This document shows, one piece after another, positions 1-9,833 of a stretch of 64,000 nucleotides of DNA. Source of the stretch: Candidatus Omnitrophota bacterium (GTDB lineage Bacteria > Omnitrophota > Omnitrophia > Omnitrophales > Aquincolibacteriaceae); contig DAOPYQ010000005.1 of NCBI GenBank assembly GCA_035352955.1, forward strand, positions 45,231 through 109,230, written 5' to 3'. The translations under genes and the position numbers were made by a program. Position 1 is the first letter of the stretch; each line of letters begins with the position of its first letter. A model generated the notes under the pieces. The model saw only the letters and a program-made list of their open reading frames with translations. It did no database searches and was not told the DNA's origin.

Positions 1-319
1 TCGCGGGCGTAATAATGCGGGTGACCTTCCGGTCCACAAGGCCCTTCGCCTGCGCCGGATCCCCCATCTGTTCGCAAATCGCGACCTTGAGATTGCAGTC
101 CAGGATCGTCCGGACATATCCCTGGAAAGCATGGTGGGGAAAACCGCACATCGGAACGCGACCGGCTTCACCGCCTTCGCGGCCGGTCAAGGTAATGTTG
201 AGGATGTCAGACGCGCGCACCGCGTCTTCAAAGAACATTTCGTAGAAATCCCCGAGGCGGAAAAAAAGGATCGTCGCGGCGGGCAGGCTCTTCTTGATGG
301 CACGGTACTGCTCCATCAT
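1..319 (-). CDS. mutS: DNA mismatch repair protein MutS, N-terminal part; the gene continues beyond the window start
   Basis: Manual translation of the reverse strand from the ATG at 319 gives [33 protein letters not shown]...[25 protein letters not shown]...KVAICEQ, the canonical MutS domain I. It is missing from the ORF track because it is truncated at the window edge. Confidence 0.85.
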   Translation of the reverse strand, partial: MMEQYRAIKKSLPAATILFFRLGDFYEMFFEDAVRASDILNITLTGREGGEAGRVPMCGFPHHAFQGYVRTILDCNLKVAICEQMGDPAQAKGLVDRKVTRIITPA

Positions 320-528
320 GGGCGTAAGTTTTACCTGAGCGTCAAGGCTTGGCGGATCGGTCTGGGTCAAGAGCTGCTCCTGGACAAACTGAATAAATTT
401 GAGGTGCTAGTATACCCAAATCCCCGTGAACCTAAAAGCGCTTTTAGCCAACCCCAGACCGGTTAAGGATTTGCGTCCAAATGACCGACCTGGAGCAGAA
501 TCGGGCCCTTACGACCAGCCGTAAGAAC

Positions 529-1053
529 TCAATCCATCAAGCGGCCGTCAATCCTGACGCGCATGCGCCGCACACCCCATCGCAAGGCAGCTTGGTGGCC
601 GCCACGCGACTGGGGAAAGAAAACATCCAGGTGCCGGCCGTGGATCTTTCCGCCACGATCCTCCACGGTAAAATGCCGGCGATTGTCCATTAAGTTACGT
701 ACCGCGAGCCAATCGCCCGGCATGGCTGGAACAAGCTCCACATCGGAACCGAAAGGGACCGCCTTATCCGCGGCAACACCGCCCCAATAGACCTGATGTC
801 CGCTTGCAAACTTCCCGTCGCGAAAATCCTCAACATTGATACAGATCGGACAGTCGCAATAGGCCGTGATCAAATACCGATGACGGGCCCAAAAAAAATC
901 GTACGCCTTCCAGACAAGCGCCGCCAGAATCAGGATCCAGACCAGCTGAAGCATCCCCCGGAAGATCTTTCTGCGCCGTTGTTCGGGATCAGTCATGTCC
1001 GGAACAAACCCGCCCTGCTTGGGCATTTCAAAAAGAGATCCTTGCGCGGTCAC
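529..1053 (-). CDS. 3D-domain (MltA-like double-psi beta-barrel) membrane-anchored protein, YuiC/YocH-like
   Basis: An N-terminal TM helix, then ITAYCDCPICINVEDFRDGKFASGHQVYWGGVAADKAVPFGSDVELVP...FTVEDRGGKIHGRHLDVFF, typical of a 3D domain. Its stop overlaps the upstream gene by 4 nt. Confidence 0.6.
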   Translation of the reverse strand: MTAQGSLFEMPKQGGFVPDMTDPEQRRRKIFRGMLQLVWILILAALVWKAYDFFWARHRYLITAYCDCPICINVEDFRDGKFASGHQVYWGGVAADKAVPFGSDVELVPAMPGDWLAVRNLMDNRRHFTVEDRGGKIHGRHLDVFFPQSRGGHQAALRWGVRRMRVRIDGRLMD

Positions 1054-2318
1054 GATCGCCCTCCTTCAAGCCCTTCCGCCGGATCTGTTTTAGGAACCGG
1101 AAGGTACGGGATCAGGAAAAGCGCCAGAAGTGAGAAACCCGCCGAGAGAAAAATCAACGGTTCGAGGCCGATCCTCGGGAACAGAAACCCGCCGAAAGCA
1201 CTCGACCCCATCTGGCCAAAATTATAAAAAGACATCAGAAGGGCAAAAACCGTACCCCCCGCATACTGCGGCGAACACCGGGCGGCCAGATTGAGAAGCG
1301 CCAGGAAGATCACGGCGCTGGCGGTCCCGAGAAGAAAATTCATCACAAGCGCGAGGGTTTTGAGAACTGACGCGTGATGGACCAGCCACGGAGCAAAATA
1401 AATAAAATAGGAGAGGGTCGAGACCACCCCGGCCATAACGGCGATCAGCAAAAACTTCCGGACCGGAAATTTCGCAAACAAAAGACCGTAGAAAACACTC
1501 CCCACCAGAGCCCCGGCACTCGTGACCGCCTGAAGGATCCCGAGGAAGGACGCCGAAAACTTCAGTGTATCCACCGTGTAATAAAAAAACGGGGCCCCAA
1601 AAGAAGGAGAGAAATTCCATAAAAAAAGGAAAGCCGAGAGGACCCAGATCCCTTTGTGGCGAAAAACATCCCGAAGACCGGTTTCCGCCGCTCTTTCCAG
1701 GTGCGCCTGCGCGGGCTCCCGGACCATGAAAAAGACGATCATGGCCGTCAGCGCCGGAAACGCGGCCGTGATCGCAAAAATACTCCGGTAAGACATCGCC
1801 CCTTTTTGGGCAAGCTCCGCGACATACCCCCCGGCAAATGCGGTAACGATCATGGCTGCATAGACCGCGGACCATTGGATCGATTGAAACTGTCCGGTCC
1901 GGTCAAGCGCCTGCCCGGATTCAACCATCAGGCCGTCGGTCACCACGTCCTGGAACGCATACGCCATATAGATCAGCGTCATGAGCATCAAAAGAAGCGA
2001 GGCGGCGCCGAGATCCGGCAAAAAAGCTAGGACAAGCCAAGCCGCGCCGGCAACGACCGAAGTAAGGATGAGATAGGACCTGCGCCTTGAACCGAAGATC
2101 GGGAAAAGATCCGAGATAAGCCCCCAAAAAGGTTTGATCACCCAGGCAATCAGCGTGACCGCCTGAAAATAGGCCATCTTTTCAGGGGTCAAACCGGCCT
2201 TATCCTTGAGAAGATAGTTAACGGCCAACGCGGGCAATGATCCGAGGCCGTTCAGGGAAAAAAAATAAACCGAGCCAAAAACGACTGCCAGTGAAAGCCA
2301 ACTTTGTTTTTTTGTCAT
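1050..2318 (-). CDS. MFS-type transporter, folate-biopterin (BT1)-like
   Basis: A polytopic membrane protein of about 12 TM segments with a KPFWGLISD motif. The start is taken at the internal ATG (MTKKQSWLSLAVVF), because the longer track ORF has no plausible N-terminus. Confidence 0.6.
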   Translation of the reverse strand: MTKKQSWLSLAVVFGSVYFFSLNGLGSLPALAVNYLLKDKAGLTPEKMAYFQAVTLIAWVIKPFWGLISDLFPIFGSRRRSYLILTSVVAGAAWLVLAFLPDLGAASLLLMLMTLIYMAYAFQDVVTDGLMVESGQALDRTGQFQSIQWSAVYAAMIVTAFAGGYVAELAQKGAMSYRSIFAITAAFPALTAMIVFFMVREPAQAHLERAAETGLRDVFRHKGIWVLSAFLFLWNFSPSFGAPFFYYTVDTLKFSASFLGILQAVTSAGALVGSVFYGLLFAKFPVRKFLLIAVMAGVVSTLSYFIYFAPWLVHHASVLKTLALVMNFLLGTASAVIFLALLNLAARCSPQYAGGTVFALLMSFYNFGQMGSSAFGGFLFPRIGLEPLIFLSAGFSLLALFLIPYLPVPKTDPAEGLEGGRS

Positions 2319-2435
2319 AAAACGGTCCCAACGCCTGCCAATTTCAACGAAACTGAACCCGGGGTCGCCCTGTCGACTTTCATGAACTCGAGCAAAAACA
2401 TGGACGGTAATATAGCATAAATTTAAAAGCATCTT

Positions 2436-3140
2436 ATGGTAAAATCCCGTTCCATGGAAAAGACCCTTCTCCTATTTGATATCGACGGAACACTTCTCCT
2501 GACCGGTGGCGCGGGGAAAGTTGCATTTGAGGAAGCTTTCGAAGAGGTCTTCGAGATTCCAAACGCCTGGAAAGCCCTCGACCCGCACGGAAAAACGGAT
2601 CCGGCGATCTTCGATGAAGTCGCCCAAAGAGAACTCGGGCGGCTCCTCACTCCCGGCGAATTCGACCTTCTCATGGAACGCTATGAGGAAATCTTTGAGG
2701 GCCGGATCCTCGAATCCCCACGGTTCGAGCTCATGCCCGGGGTCATCGAGATCCTGGAACATCTTTCACGAGACCCAAAGTTTTTCCTTTCGCTCGCGAC
2801 TGGAAATTTTGAAGGGGCGGGATGGATGAAGCTCAAGCGTGGCGGGATCGACCATTATTTCCGGACCGGAGGCTTCGGCAATGACGCCCGGGAACGCGTC
2901 AAGATCCTTCAGGCCGCCGTCACCTATTCGGAAGAACTTGCCGGACACCGGTTTGATAAAAACAGGATCTTCGTAATCGGCGACACCGAATACGACATCG
3001 CCGCCGCCCAAAAAGCCGGCCTCCGCAGCATCGCCGTCCTCACCAACGGAAGAACCCGGAAACATTTCAAACCCAACCCGCCGGATCATATCCTCGACGA
3101 TCTGACCGATATTTCCGCCTTCCTCACCTGCCTCCAATAA
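2436..3140 (+). CDS. HAD-superfamily hydrolase (subfamily IA-like phosphatase)
   Basis: Motif I LLLFDIDGTLL and motif IV VIGDTEYDIAAAQKAG. The start could instead be the ATG at 2454. Confidence 0.75.
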   Translation: MVKSRSMEKTLLLFDIDGTLLLTGGAGKVAFEEAFEEVFEIPNAWKALDPHGKTDPAIFDEVAQRELGRLLTPGEFDLLMERYEEIFEGRILESPRFELMPGVIEILEHLSRDPKFFLSLATGNFEGAGWMKLKRGGIDHYFRTGGFGNDARERVKILQAAVTYSEELAGHRFDKNRIFVIGDTEYDIAAAQKAGLRSIAVLTNGRTRKHFKPNPPDHILDDLTDISAFLTCLQ

Positions 3141-3157
3141 AGGGACCGGATCCTTTT

Positions 3158-3838
3158 TTATAGCGAATTACGCTCGGAAAAACTGAAGTACTGATTCTCA
3201 CCGACGATGATGTGATCGAGAATGCGGATCGAAACCGTCTGGCAGGCGGCCTTGATCTTTTGCGTGATCTCATAGTCTTCCCGGCTGGGCTCGATCTTTC
3301 CGGACGGATGGTTGTGGACTAGAACAAGATTTGACGCGTGGCATTCCAGTGCTGCTTTAACGATCTCCCGAGGATGCACCGCCGCTTCATCGATCGTTCC
3401 GTAAAAAAGATCCCGTTCCCCGAGAATGCGAAGCGCCTTATCAAGAAAGAGGACCTTGAAAATTTCCCGCTTCTGGTCGCGAAGTGCCGCTGAAAGATAA
3501 TCCGTCACGGCCTGCGGACTCCGGACAAAATTCTGCCCGGTGATTTTCTCACGAAGGTGCCTCAGCCCGATCTCCCTCAGGGAATAAAGCATGGCGATCT
3601 TGGCCTGCCCCAGGCCTTTGATCCTGCCGAATCCCGCCGGGTTCTGACTCAGAAGTCCGCGCAACCCTCCGAACTGAAGCAAGAGTTCTCGCGAAAAACT
3701 GACCACGTCCTTCCCACGCATTCCATGGCCAAAGACCACGGCAAGAAGTTCGGCATCGGAGAGGGTTTCCGGCCCCTTTTGCAGCAATTTTTCCCTCGGC
3801 CGCTCATTCAACGGCCAGTCCTTTACACTTTTGATCAT
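3158..3838 (-). CDS. radC: RadC-family JAB-domain protein (UPF0758)
   Basis: DWPLNERPREKLLQKGPETLSDAELLAVVFG and the HNHPSG JAMM motif. The ATG at 3838 was verified in the sequence. Confidence 0.9.
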   Translation of the reverse strand: MIKSVKDWPLNERPREKLLQKGPETLSDAELLAVVFGHGMRGKDVVSFSRELLLQFGGLRGLLSQNPAGFGRIKGLGQAKIAMLYSLREIGLRHLREKITGQNFVRSPQAVTDYLSAALRDQKREIFKVLFLDKALRILGERDLFYGTIDEAAVHPREIVKAALECHASNLVLVHNHPSGKIEPSREDYEITQKIKAACQTVSIRILDHIIVGENQYFSFSERNSL

Positions 3839-3844
3839 GTCGCC

Positions 3845-3872
3845 ATTGTATAGAGGAGAGTACGCTTGTCAA
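3845..3872 (-). promoter_or_regulatory. Near-consensus sigma-70 promoter for radC: -35 TTGACA, 16-nt spacer, -10 TACAAT
   Basis: The minus strand reads TTGACAagcgtactctcctctaTACAATggcgacATG. The -10 ends 6 nt before the radC ATG, which implies a leaderless or near-leaderless transcript. It lies in a 60-bp AT-rich island (3845-3910). Confidence 0.5.
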
Positions 3873-3944
3873 TATATTATTTATATATTTATATTGCTTT
3901 ATTTGCAACATTTATAACCGTACAACAACGCCCGAGACGATCGG

Positions 3945-4370
3945 TCAGGAGATAGAGATGCGCCGTTTGGTGGGACCGAGAATTTCGAAGGAAATATGAC
4001 GGGAGGTCGAAGGGAGGAGATTTTTTGCCTTTTCAGCCCATTCGACGCAGGAAATCGCGTTCGGGTCATTGACAAAATCATCGAGGCCGATCTCCTCGAG
4101 TTCTTCGACAGAATCGAGCCGGTAGCAGTCAAAATGATAGAGCGAAACTTTGGCCTTATAAACATGCATCAGGACAAACGTCGGACTCTTCACCTGTTCC
4201 GGTCGTTTCATCCCCAAGCCTTCCGCGAGCCCTTTCACAAAAGTCGTCTTACCGCTGCCAAGCTGCCCCTCAAGACAGAACACTGTCCCGGGCTTTACGG
4301 TCTTCGCGAATTTCTTTGCGAATTCGATCGTTTCCTTCGCCGACGACGTAAAAAAGGTGCGTTTTTTCAT
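3945..4370 (-). CDS. tsaE: tRNA threonylcarbamoyladenosine biosynthesis protein TsaE (YjeE P-loop ATPase)
   Basis: FCLEGQLGSGKTTFVKGLAEGLG, SPTFVLMHVY, and LYHFDCYRL. The start is at the internal ATG (MKKRTFF), which abuts the thiL stop. Confidence 0.85.
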   Translation of the reverse strand: MKKRTFFTSSAKETIEFAKKFAKTVKPGTVFCLEGQLGSGKTTFVKGLAEGLGMKRPEQVKSPTFVLMHVYKAKVSLYHFDCYRLDSVEELEEIGLDDFVNDPNAISCVEWAEKAKNLLPSTSRHISFEILGPTKRRISIS

Positions 4371-4371
4371 A

Positions 4372-5337
4372 TCAAAAATGCGAGAACCCTTTGTGATAAA
4401 GTTTAGGCTTCGGAATATTTTTTCCGTTCCTCTGCCAAGTGACCACGGGCGTCTTCCCACGGATCTTTCCGACCCATGACAAACGAACTTTCGGAAACTC
4501 TTTCTTCCAGAGCTTCTCAAGCATCACTTTTCGCCACGGCGGGACCGTGAACAAGAGCTCAAAATCTTCCCCGTCACTCAAAGCCATGGCCAAAGCTTTG
4601 TCTCGATCCCCCTTGGCCATTCTTTTTGCATCAGACGAGACGGGAATACCCTCGAGTTCCAACACAGCGCCGACTCCGGAAGCCTTGAGGATATGGCTGA
4701 GGTCTTGAACGAAACCGTCCGAGACATCGATCATCGCCGTCGGTGTGATATGATGCGCCAAAAAAAGCCCCTCACAAACCCGAGGCGAGAAGTCGTGATG
4801 GTGCCTCAAAATCGAACCGCCCAGAGCACCGGTCACGGCGATCCAATCTCCTGCCATAGCGCCGGAGCGCGTTACACAATGACGCGGCAAAACCTCCCCA
4901 AGGATCGTCACGCTGGCGAACATCTCTTTTGCCGAAGAGAAATCCCCGCCGGCACAGGCAACATCGTACCGTCTTGCAAGCTTCAACAATCCCCCGTAGA
5001 AATGTTTCAGCCACGCGGTTGAGATATAGGCGGGTTTACCGACGGTAATCACGAACGCAACAGGCTTCGCCCCCATCGCTGCCATATCACTCAAATTAAT
5101 CGCGAGCGCCTTCCGCCCGATCTGCCCGGGGCTCATCAAGGTGCCAGGCGCCCTTGGGTGTTTGGCACCTTGATGGATTGTGAAATCCACCCCCTCAACG
5201 ATCGCGTCCGTGGAGACGACAAGTCTTTTCCCCGCCGAAACATCAATTACAGCGGCATCATCCCCGATCCCCACCGGGACATGCTTGACCCGGGGCACCT
5301 GGCGCTTCAGATATTCAATAAAAGAAAATTCGTTCAT
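4372..5337 (-). CDS. thiL: Thiamine-monophosphate kinase
   Basis: MNEFSFIEYL...VGIGDDAAVID...VVSTDAIVEGVDF has an AIR-synthase-related fold typical of ThiL. Confidence 0.85.
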   Translation of the reverse strand: MNEFSFIEYLKRQVPRVKHVPVGIGDDAAVIDVSAGKRLVVSTDAIVEGVDFTIHQGAKHPRAPGTLMSPGQIGRKALAINLSDMAAMGAKPVAFVITVGKPAYISTAWLKHFYGGLLKLARRYDVACAGGDFSSAKEMFASVTILGEVLPRHCVTRSGAMAGDWIAVTGALGGSILRHHHDFSPRVCEGLFLAHHITPTAMIDVSDGFVQDLSHILKASGVGAVLELEGIPVSSDAKRMAKGDRDKALAMALSDGEDFELLFTVPPWRKVMLEKLWKKEFPKVRLSWVGKIRGKTPVVTWQRNGKNIPKPKLYHKGFSHF

Positions 5338-6401
5338 TATTTTCCCTTAAGCAATACCGCAACCTTCCGGATCGAACGGTTGAACGGCGCCTTTAAAACA
5401 CCAGCCTCCGTGACAATGCCCCGGATCAGGGCATGCGGCGTCACATCGAATGAGGGGTTGAACGTTTTCATATTCGTCGGGGCGAGCTGCTTACCCTGGA
5501 CATGCGAGATCTCATGCGACGGCCGCTCCTCGATCGGAATATCCTTACCGGTCTTCGCCTTCAGATCGAACGTCGTGCTCGGCGCCGCGATATAGAGCGG
5601 GATCCCGTGATGATGCGCGAGCACCGCTACCCCGTAGGTACCGATCTTATTGGCCGTATCGCCGTTCATCGCGATCCGGTCCGCGCCCACCACAACACCG
5701 TCGATCTTCCCCGCCCGCATCAGGCTCGCCGCCATATTGTCGCAGATCAACGTACACGGGATCTTGCTTTTCATAAGCTCCCACGCCGTGAGCCGCGCCC
5801 CCTGCAAAAGCGGCCGCGTTTCATCCACATAGACCGAAAACGGGATCCTCTTTTCTTTCAGCGCGTAAAAGACCGCAAGCGCCGTCCCGTACCCGGAAGT
5901 CGCCAAACCGCCCGCATTGCAATGCGTAAGGATCCTAGAACCTCTTTTAAAAAGCCCTGCGCCAAACCGCCCGATCCTCCGGCAAATAAGGACATCATCC
6001 AAATGGATCCGGACCGCCTCTTCTAGGATCATCTTTTTTAAATGCTCCACATGCTTGGCCTGGTGAAGCGACACCTTATTCAGAATCCGCTCAAGGGCAT
6101 ACGCAAGATTGCGCGCCGTTGGCCTCGAGGAATCCAGATAGCGGGCTTCCGCGAAAAGCTTTTTCTGAAATCCCGCCGGCGTCCCGCGAAATTTCCGGAC
6201 GCCGAGATAAAGCCCGTAACCGGCCGTCACACCGATCGCGGGAGCCCCCCGCACAACCATTGTGCGAATCGCCCGCCAAACGGCCACGGAAGTCCGGCAC
6301 GGAACCCACACCTCACGCGTGGGCAGCTTCCGCTGATCCAGAAGATACAGCGTTTCATTCTTGAAATAAAGCGGTGCAAAAGGGACTTTCGGTGTTTTCA
6401 T
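5337..6401 (-). CDS. mtnA: S-methyl-5-thioribose-1-phosphate isomerase (eIF-2B alpha/beta/delta family)
   Basis: LYLLDQRKLP...VRGAPAIGVTAGYGL...THCNAGGLATSGYGTAL...VGADRIAMNGDTANKIGTY. Confidence 0.85.
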   Translation of the reverse strand: MKTPKVPFAPLYFKNETLYLLDQRKLPTREVWVPCRTSVAVWRAIRTMVVRGAPAIGVTAGYGLYLGVRKFRGTPAGFQKKLFAEARYLDSSRPTARNLAYALERILNKVSLHQAKHVEHLKKMILEEAVRIHLDDVLICRRIGRFGAGLFKRGSRILTHCNAGGLATSGYGTALAVFYALKEKRIPFSVYVDETRPLLQGARLTAWELMKSKIPCTLICDNMAASLMRAGKIDGVVVGADRIAMNGDTANKIGTYGVAVLAHHHGIPLYIAAPSTTFDLKAKTGKDIPIEERPSHEISHVQGKQLAPTNMKTFNPSFDVTPHALIRGIVTEAGVLKAPFNRSIRKVAVLLKGK

Positions 6402-6439
6402 GATACCCTCATCAATTGATTAAAGATCCGGAATCGTTC

Positions 6440-7534
6440 TTAGAACGCGTTTTCCCCGAGAATGTGTTTTACCAGAAAAAAATACGCAATAAAAAATGTA
6501 TTATGCGTAACGTGCAGGGCAATGCAGGCGACAAGCGAACGCCGTTTCTCATAAACAACCGCCAGCGCCATCCCGAGCACAAAGATCGGCCAGAACACGA
6601 ACCCTGAATAATGGATCCCCGCAAAGAACGCCGCGCTGAGGGCCATCGCCCAAACCTTCCCCCATTTGTTCCGCAGGATAGGATAGCAGAACCCGCGGAA
6701 AAAGACCTCTTCGAGGACCGGACCGGCAACGGCGCCTAAAAAGATCGATACCACGAACAGAAACGGCGCGCGCTTTTCCTCTTCGAGAAAAACGCTGACG
6801 AGCGGGTGCTGCGGCGGCTCATAGTGGAAGATCCCGGCAACGACCAGCAATACTGCCACCACAAGTGCAAAAAGCGGCAGAACCCCCATATAGCCTGCAA
6901 TCCCGAGTCCGATCTCCCGAAGCACTCCTTTGGCCGGCAAATGAAATCCGAGGTCCCGCCAATGGCTTCCGGCCTGCTTCAGAAAGCGGACCATAAAATA
7001 CAGACAGATCAGGTTAAGGATCAGCGTGTGAAAAATCATGAAAAAATTGTCCGTCGGCCACTTCGGAGAAAGGGCCTGGACGATGCCCATCCCGAGGCTC
7101 AGCAGGATCCCCCAAACAACAAAAAGGATCACGACCTTGAACAACATGGAGAACGGCCACGCCTGCGGGACCGGCGGAGGATCCGTCCCAACCGTCAATT
7201 GGGCGCGCAACGCGGGCTTCGTCAGGAAGATCACGTCGAAAACGCCCCCCGCGAGCAGTCCCAGGATGATCAAAAGCGTCATAATCTCAAAAAGCGCTGC
7301 TAACACCGGCTCGCGCGATGCGAACTCCTTGAATGCGCTTTCCCGGTCCATCCTGCCGTTCCATTTTTTTTCGGCCTCCCGCAACGAGGTCGCCTTTCGG
7401 GCGGGAGCATGCGTCTCGCCCTCTCGGGCCGGCCTGGGCCCCAAATAAAGAAAAGCATAGAACGCGAGAACCAGCAGAAAAAGCCAAAAATAGCGCGGCT
7501 CTCTTTTGAAAAAAGCGTGGATCTCTTTGATCAT
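6440..7534 (-). CDS. CPBP-family (CAAX/Abi) intramembrane metalloprotease
   Basis: Multi-TM protein with EEVFFRGFCYP and FFAGIHY motifs. The start is the internal ATG (MIKEIHAFF), which forms an ATGA overlap with the tatD stop. Confidence 0.7.
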   Translation of the reverse strand: MIKEIHAFFKREPRYFWLFLLVLAFYAFLYLGPRPAREGETHAPARKATSLREAEKKWNGRMDRESAFKEFASREPVLAALFEIMTLLIILGLLAGGVFDVIFLTKPALRAQLTVGTDPPPVPQAWPFSMLFKVVILFVVWGILLSLGMGIVQALSPKWPTDNFFMIFHTLILNLICLYFMVRFLKQAGSHWRDLGFHLPAKGVLREIGLGIAGYMGVLPLFALVVAVLLVVAGIFHYEPPQHPLVSVFLEEEKRAPFLFVVSIFLGAVAGPVLEEVFFRGFCYPILRNKWGKVWAMALSAAFFAGIHYSGFVFWPIFVLGMALAVVYEKRRSLVACIALHVTHNTFFIAYFFLVKHILGENAF

Positions 7535-8307
7535 AACCCGAAAAGTCTCCCCGCGTTCGTCGTTGTAAGCTCCGCCATTGCCCCGGCACTCATCCCGTGA
7601 AGCCCGGCCGCGCATTCCGCGGTCTCGGACATATAAATGGGTTCGTTCCGCTGGCCCCGCCGGGATTGCGGTGCGAGATAAGGCGCGTCGGTTTCGAGGA
7701 CCAGCCGGTCCTTGGGACAGACCCGGCAAGCGTCCCGCAACGCGTCATTCTTTTTATAGGTCAGCGCTCCCCCAAAGGCAATGTAAAAACCGAGATCCAG
7801 ATACTGTTTCATGACTTCAGCCGTCGAAGAAAAACAGTGGAGGACTCCCCGGAAAGGAGAACGGACCTCTTCCAAGAGAACGCGCCGCAAATCGTCATAG
7901 GCGTCACGGCAATGGATAATAACAGGCTTGTTGTGTTTGACGTACCAGCCCAGAAAAACGCGGAGGAGTTTTTCCTGAACATCTCGCGGCGAGTGATCAT
8001 GAAAATAATCGAGCCCCACTTCCCCGACCGCGACAACCTTCGGATGCGCCAGCAATCTTTCGACTTCCGCAAGGTCCGCATCGCTCGCCGTTTGGGTCTC
8101 ATTCGGGTGATAACCGACCGCAGCGTAAACCTCGGGATATTTTTCAGCGACCGCAATCGCCTTACGGGAATCTTCAAGATCGGTGCCGATATTCACGAGA
8201 AAGCGAAAACCCGCATGGATCGCACGACGGACAACCTCATCACGATCGGCGTCGTACTGGGGAAAATGAAGGTGGAGGTGGGTGTCAGTAAGCCCCATCA
8301 GACTCAT
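7531..8307 (-). CDS. tatD: TatD-family metal-dependent DNase/hydrolase
   Basis: DTHLHLHFPQYD...GEVGLDYFHDHSPRDVQ...LETDAPYLAPQ; 4-nt overlap with metG. Confidence 0.9.
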   Translation of the reverse strand: MSLMGLTDTHLHLHFPQYDADRDEVVRRAIHAGFRFLVNIGTDLEDSRKAIAVAEKYPEVYAAVGYHPNETQTASDADLAEVERLLAHPKVVAVGEVGLDYFHDHSPRDVQEKLLRVFLGWYVKHNKPVIIHCRDAYDDLRRVLLEEVRSPFRGVLHCFSSTAEVMKQYLDLGFYIAFGGALTYKKNDALRDACRVCPKDRLVLETDAPYLAPQSRRGQRNEPIYMSETAECAAGLHGMSAGAMAELTTTNAGRLFGL

Positions 8308-9833
8308 GACGTCTTCTCGTCAAGACGCGGAAAAAGCGGCTCTCCTTTTTCGATCACGGTCCCGGAAATCGCGAGTGGCTTGCCAAACTCCGCGTCGTTG
8401 CAGACCTTGCCAGGCGCCGCAACCTTCAGACGACCGAGGATCTTCTTCGCCGTATCCGGCATAAAAGCCTGCAGGAGGATCCCGACATGGGCCACACTGT
8501 CGGCCAGGTTAAAAAGTACGTCCGCGAGATCCTGTTTTTTTGCAGAATCCTTGGCAAGCGCCCACGGCTTATTCTCCTCGACGAACTGGTTGGCCCGCAC
8601 GATCACGGCCCAGATCTTCGCCAACGCCTCACGGGGATCATACCCCAGCACCGCGGCAGAAACGTCTTTCCAGAGCCCCGCAGGATCATAAAAACGTTTT
8701 CGCGCATCGCCCTCCGGGACTTTGCCTTCAAAATATTTTTCGATCATCGATGCCGTCCGGTGCCAAAGGTTCCCGAGGTCATTCGCAAGATCGCTTGAGT
8801 AACGCTCGATCAGAAGATCTTCGGAATACGTGCCGTCAAGGCCGAGCGTCACTTCCCGCAGCAAAAAATAGCGGAGGACATCGCTGCCGTATTTCGCGAC
8901 GATCTCGATCGGATCCACGATGTTACCGAGCGATTTCGACATCTTCGCGCCGCCGATCCGCCACCAACCGTGCGCGAAAACGAGCTTGGGCATCTCGATC
9001 CCGCTGGCCTTGAGCATGATCGGCCAAAACACCGCATGCTGCCGCAAAATGTCCTTCCCGAGGAGTTGAAGGTCGGCCGGCCAAAGGGATTTGAACTTTT
9101 TCTCATCCTCAAGGTACGATGCGGCGCTGATATAGTTTAAGAGCGCGTCGAACCAAACATAGACAACATGGTCCGGCGATCCGGGATACTCAATTCCCCA
9201 GGTCAGACGCGCCTTGGGACGCGTGATACAAAGATCCTCCAGCGGCTCTTTCAAAAATCCGAGCACTTCATTCCTGCGGATCTCGGGACGGATAAATTCG
9301 GGATTCTTTTGAATATATTCGATCAGCCACGTCTGGTACGTCGACATTTTAAAGAAATAGTTCTCTTCCTCAAGGCGTTCGACCGCGCGGCCACAATCGG
9401 GACACTTCCCTTCCTTGAGCTGAAGTTCGGTCCAGAACGATTCGCAAGGCGTGCAGTACCAGCCCTTGTACGAAGCCTTGTAGATATCGCCCTTCTTCTC
9501 CAGATCGCTCAAGACCGCCTGGACGACCTTTTTATGGTAACCGTCCGTCGTGCGGACAAAATGGTCGTACTTGATCCCGAGGATCTGCCACAATTCCTTG
9601 AATTTCGGGACAATCTCATCCACAAAATCCTTCGGCGATTTTCCCTGTTCTGCGGCGGCCTTCTGGACCTTGATACCATGCTCGTCCGTGCCGGTCAAAT
9701 AAAAGACCTCGTCTCCGAGCATCCGGCGGAACCGCGAGAACGTGTCACAAAGAATGCTCGTGTAGGCATGGCCGATATGGGGTTTCCCGTTCACGTAATA
9801 GATCGGTGTGGTCAGATAATAGGTCTTCGTCAT
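8304..9833 (-). CDS. metG: Methionine--tRNA ligase
   Basis: YYLTTPIYYVNGKPHIGHAYTS (HIGH), KMSKS, and a zinc knuckle CTPCESF...CPDCGRAV. Confidence 0.95.
   Translation of the reverse strand: MTKTYYLTTPIYYVNGKPHIGHAYTSILCDTFSRFRRMLGDEVFYLTGTDEHGIKVQKAAAEQGKSPKDFVDEIVPKFKELWQILGIKYDHFVRTTDGYHKKVVQAVLSDLEKKGDIYKASYKGWYCTPCESFWTELQLKEGKCPDCGRAVERLEEENYFFKMSTYQTWLIEYIQKNPEFIRPEIRRNEVLGFLKEPLEDLCITRPKARLTWGIEYPGSPDHVVYVWFDALLNYISAASYLEDEKKFKSLWPADLQLLGKDILRQHAVFWPIMLKASGIEMPKLVFAHGWWRIGGAKMSKSLGNIVDPIEIVAKYGSDVLRYFLLREVTLGLDGTYSEDLLIERYSSDLANDLGNLWHRTASMIEKYFEGKVPEGDARKRFYDPAGLWKDVSAAVLGYDPREALAKIWAVIVRANQFVEENKPWALAKDSAKKQDLADVLFNLADSVAHVGILLQAFMPDTAKKILGRLKVAAPGKVCNDAEFGKPLAISGTVIEKGEPLFPRLDEKTS

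Noticed and set aside
3141-3157. Possible small bidirectional terminator between HAD hydrolase and radC (AAAGGGaccggaTCCTTTTTT)
   Set aside because: The stem is only about 6 bp with a G-U pair. It is too weak to call with confidence, although the T-run is suggestive.
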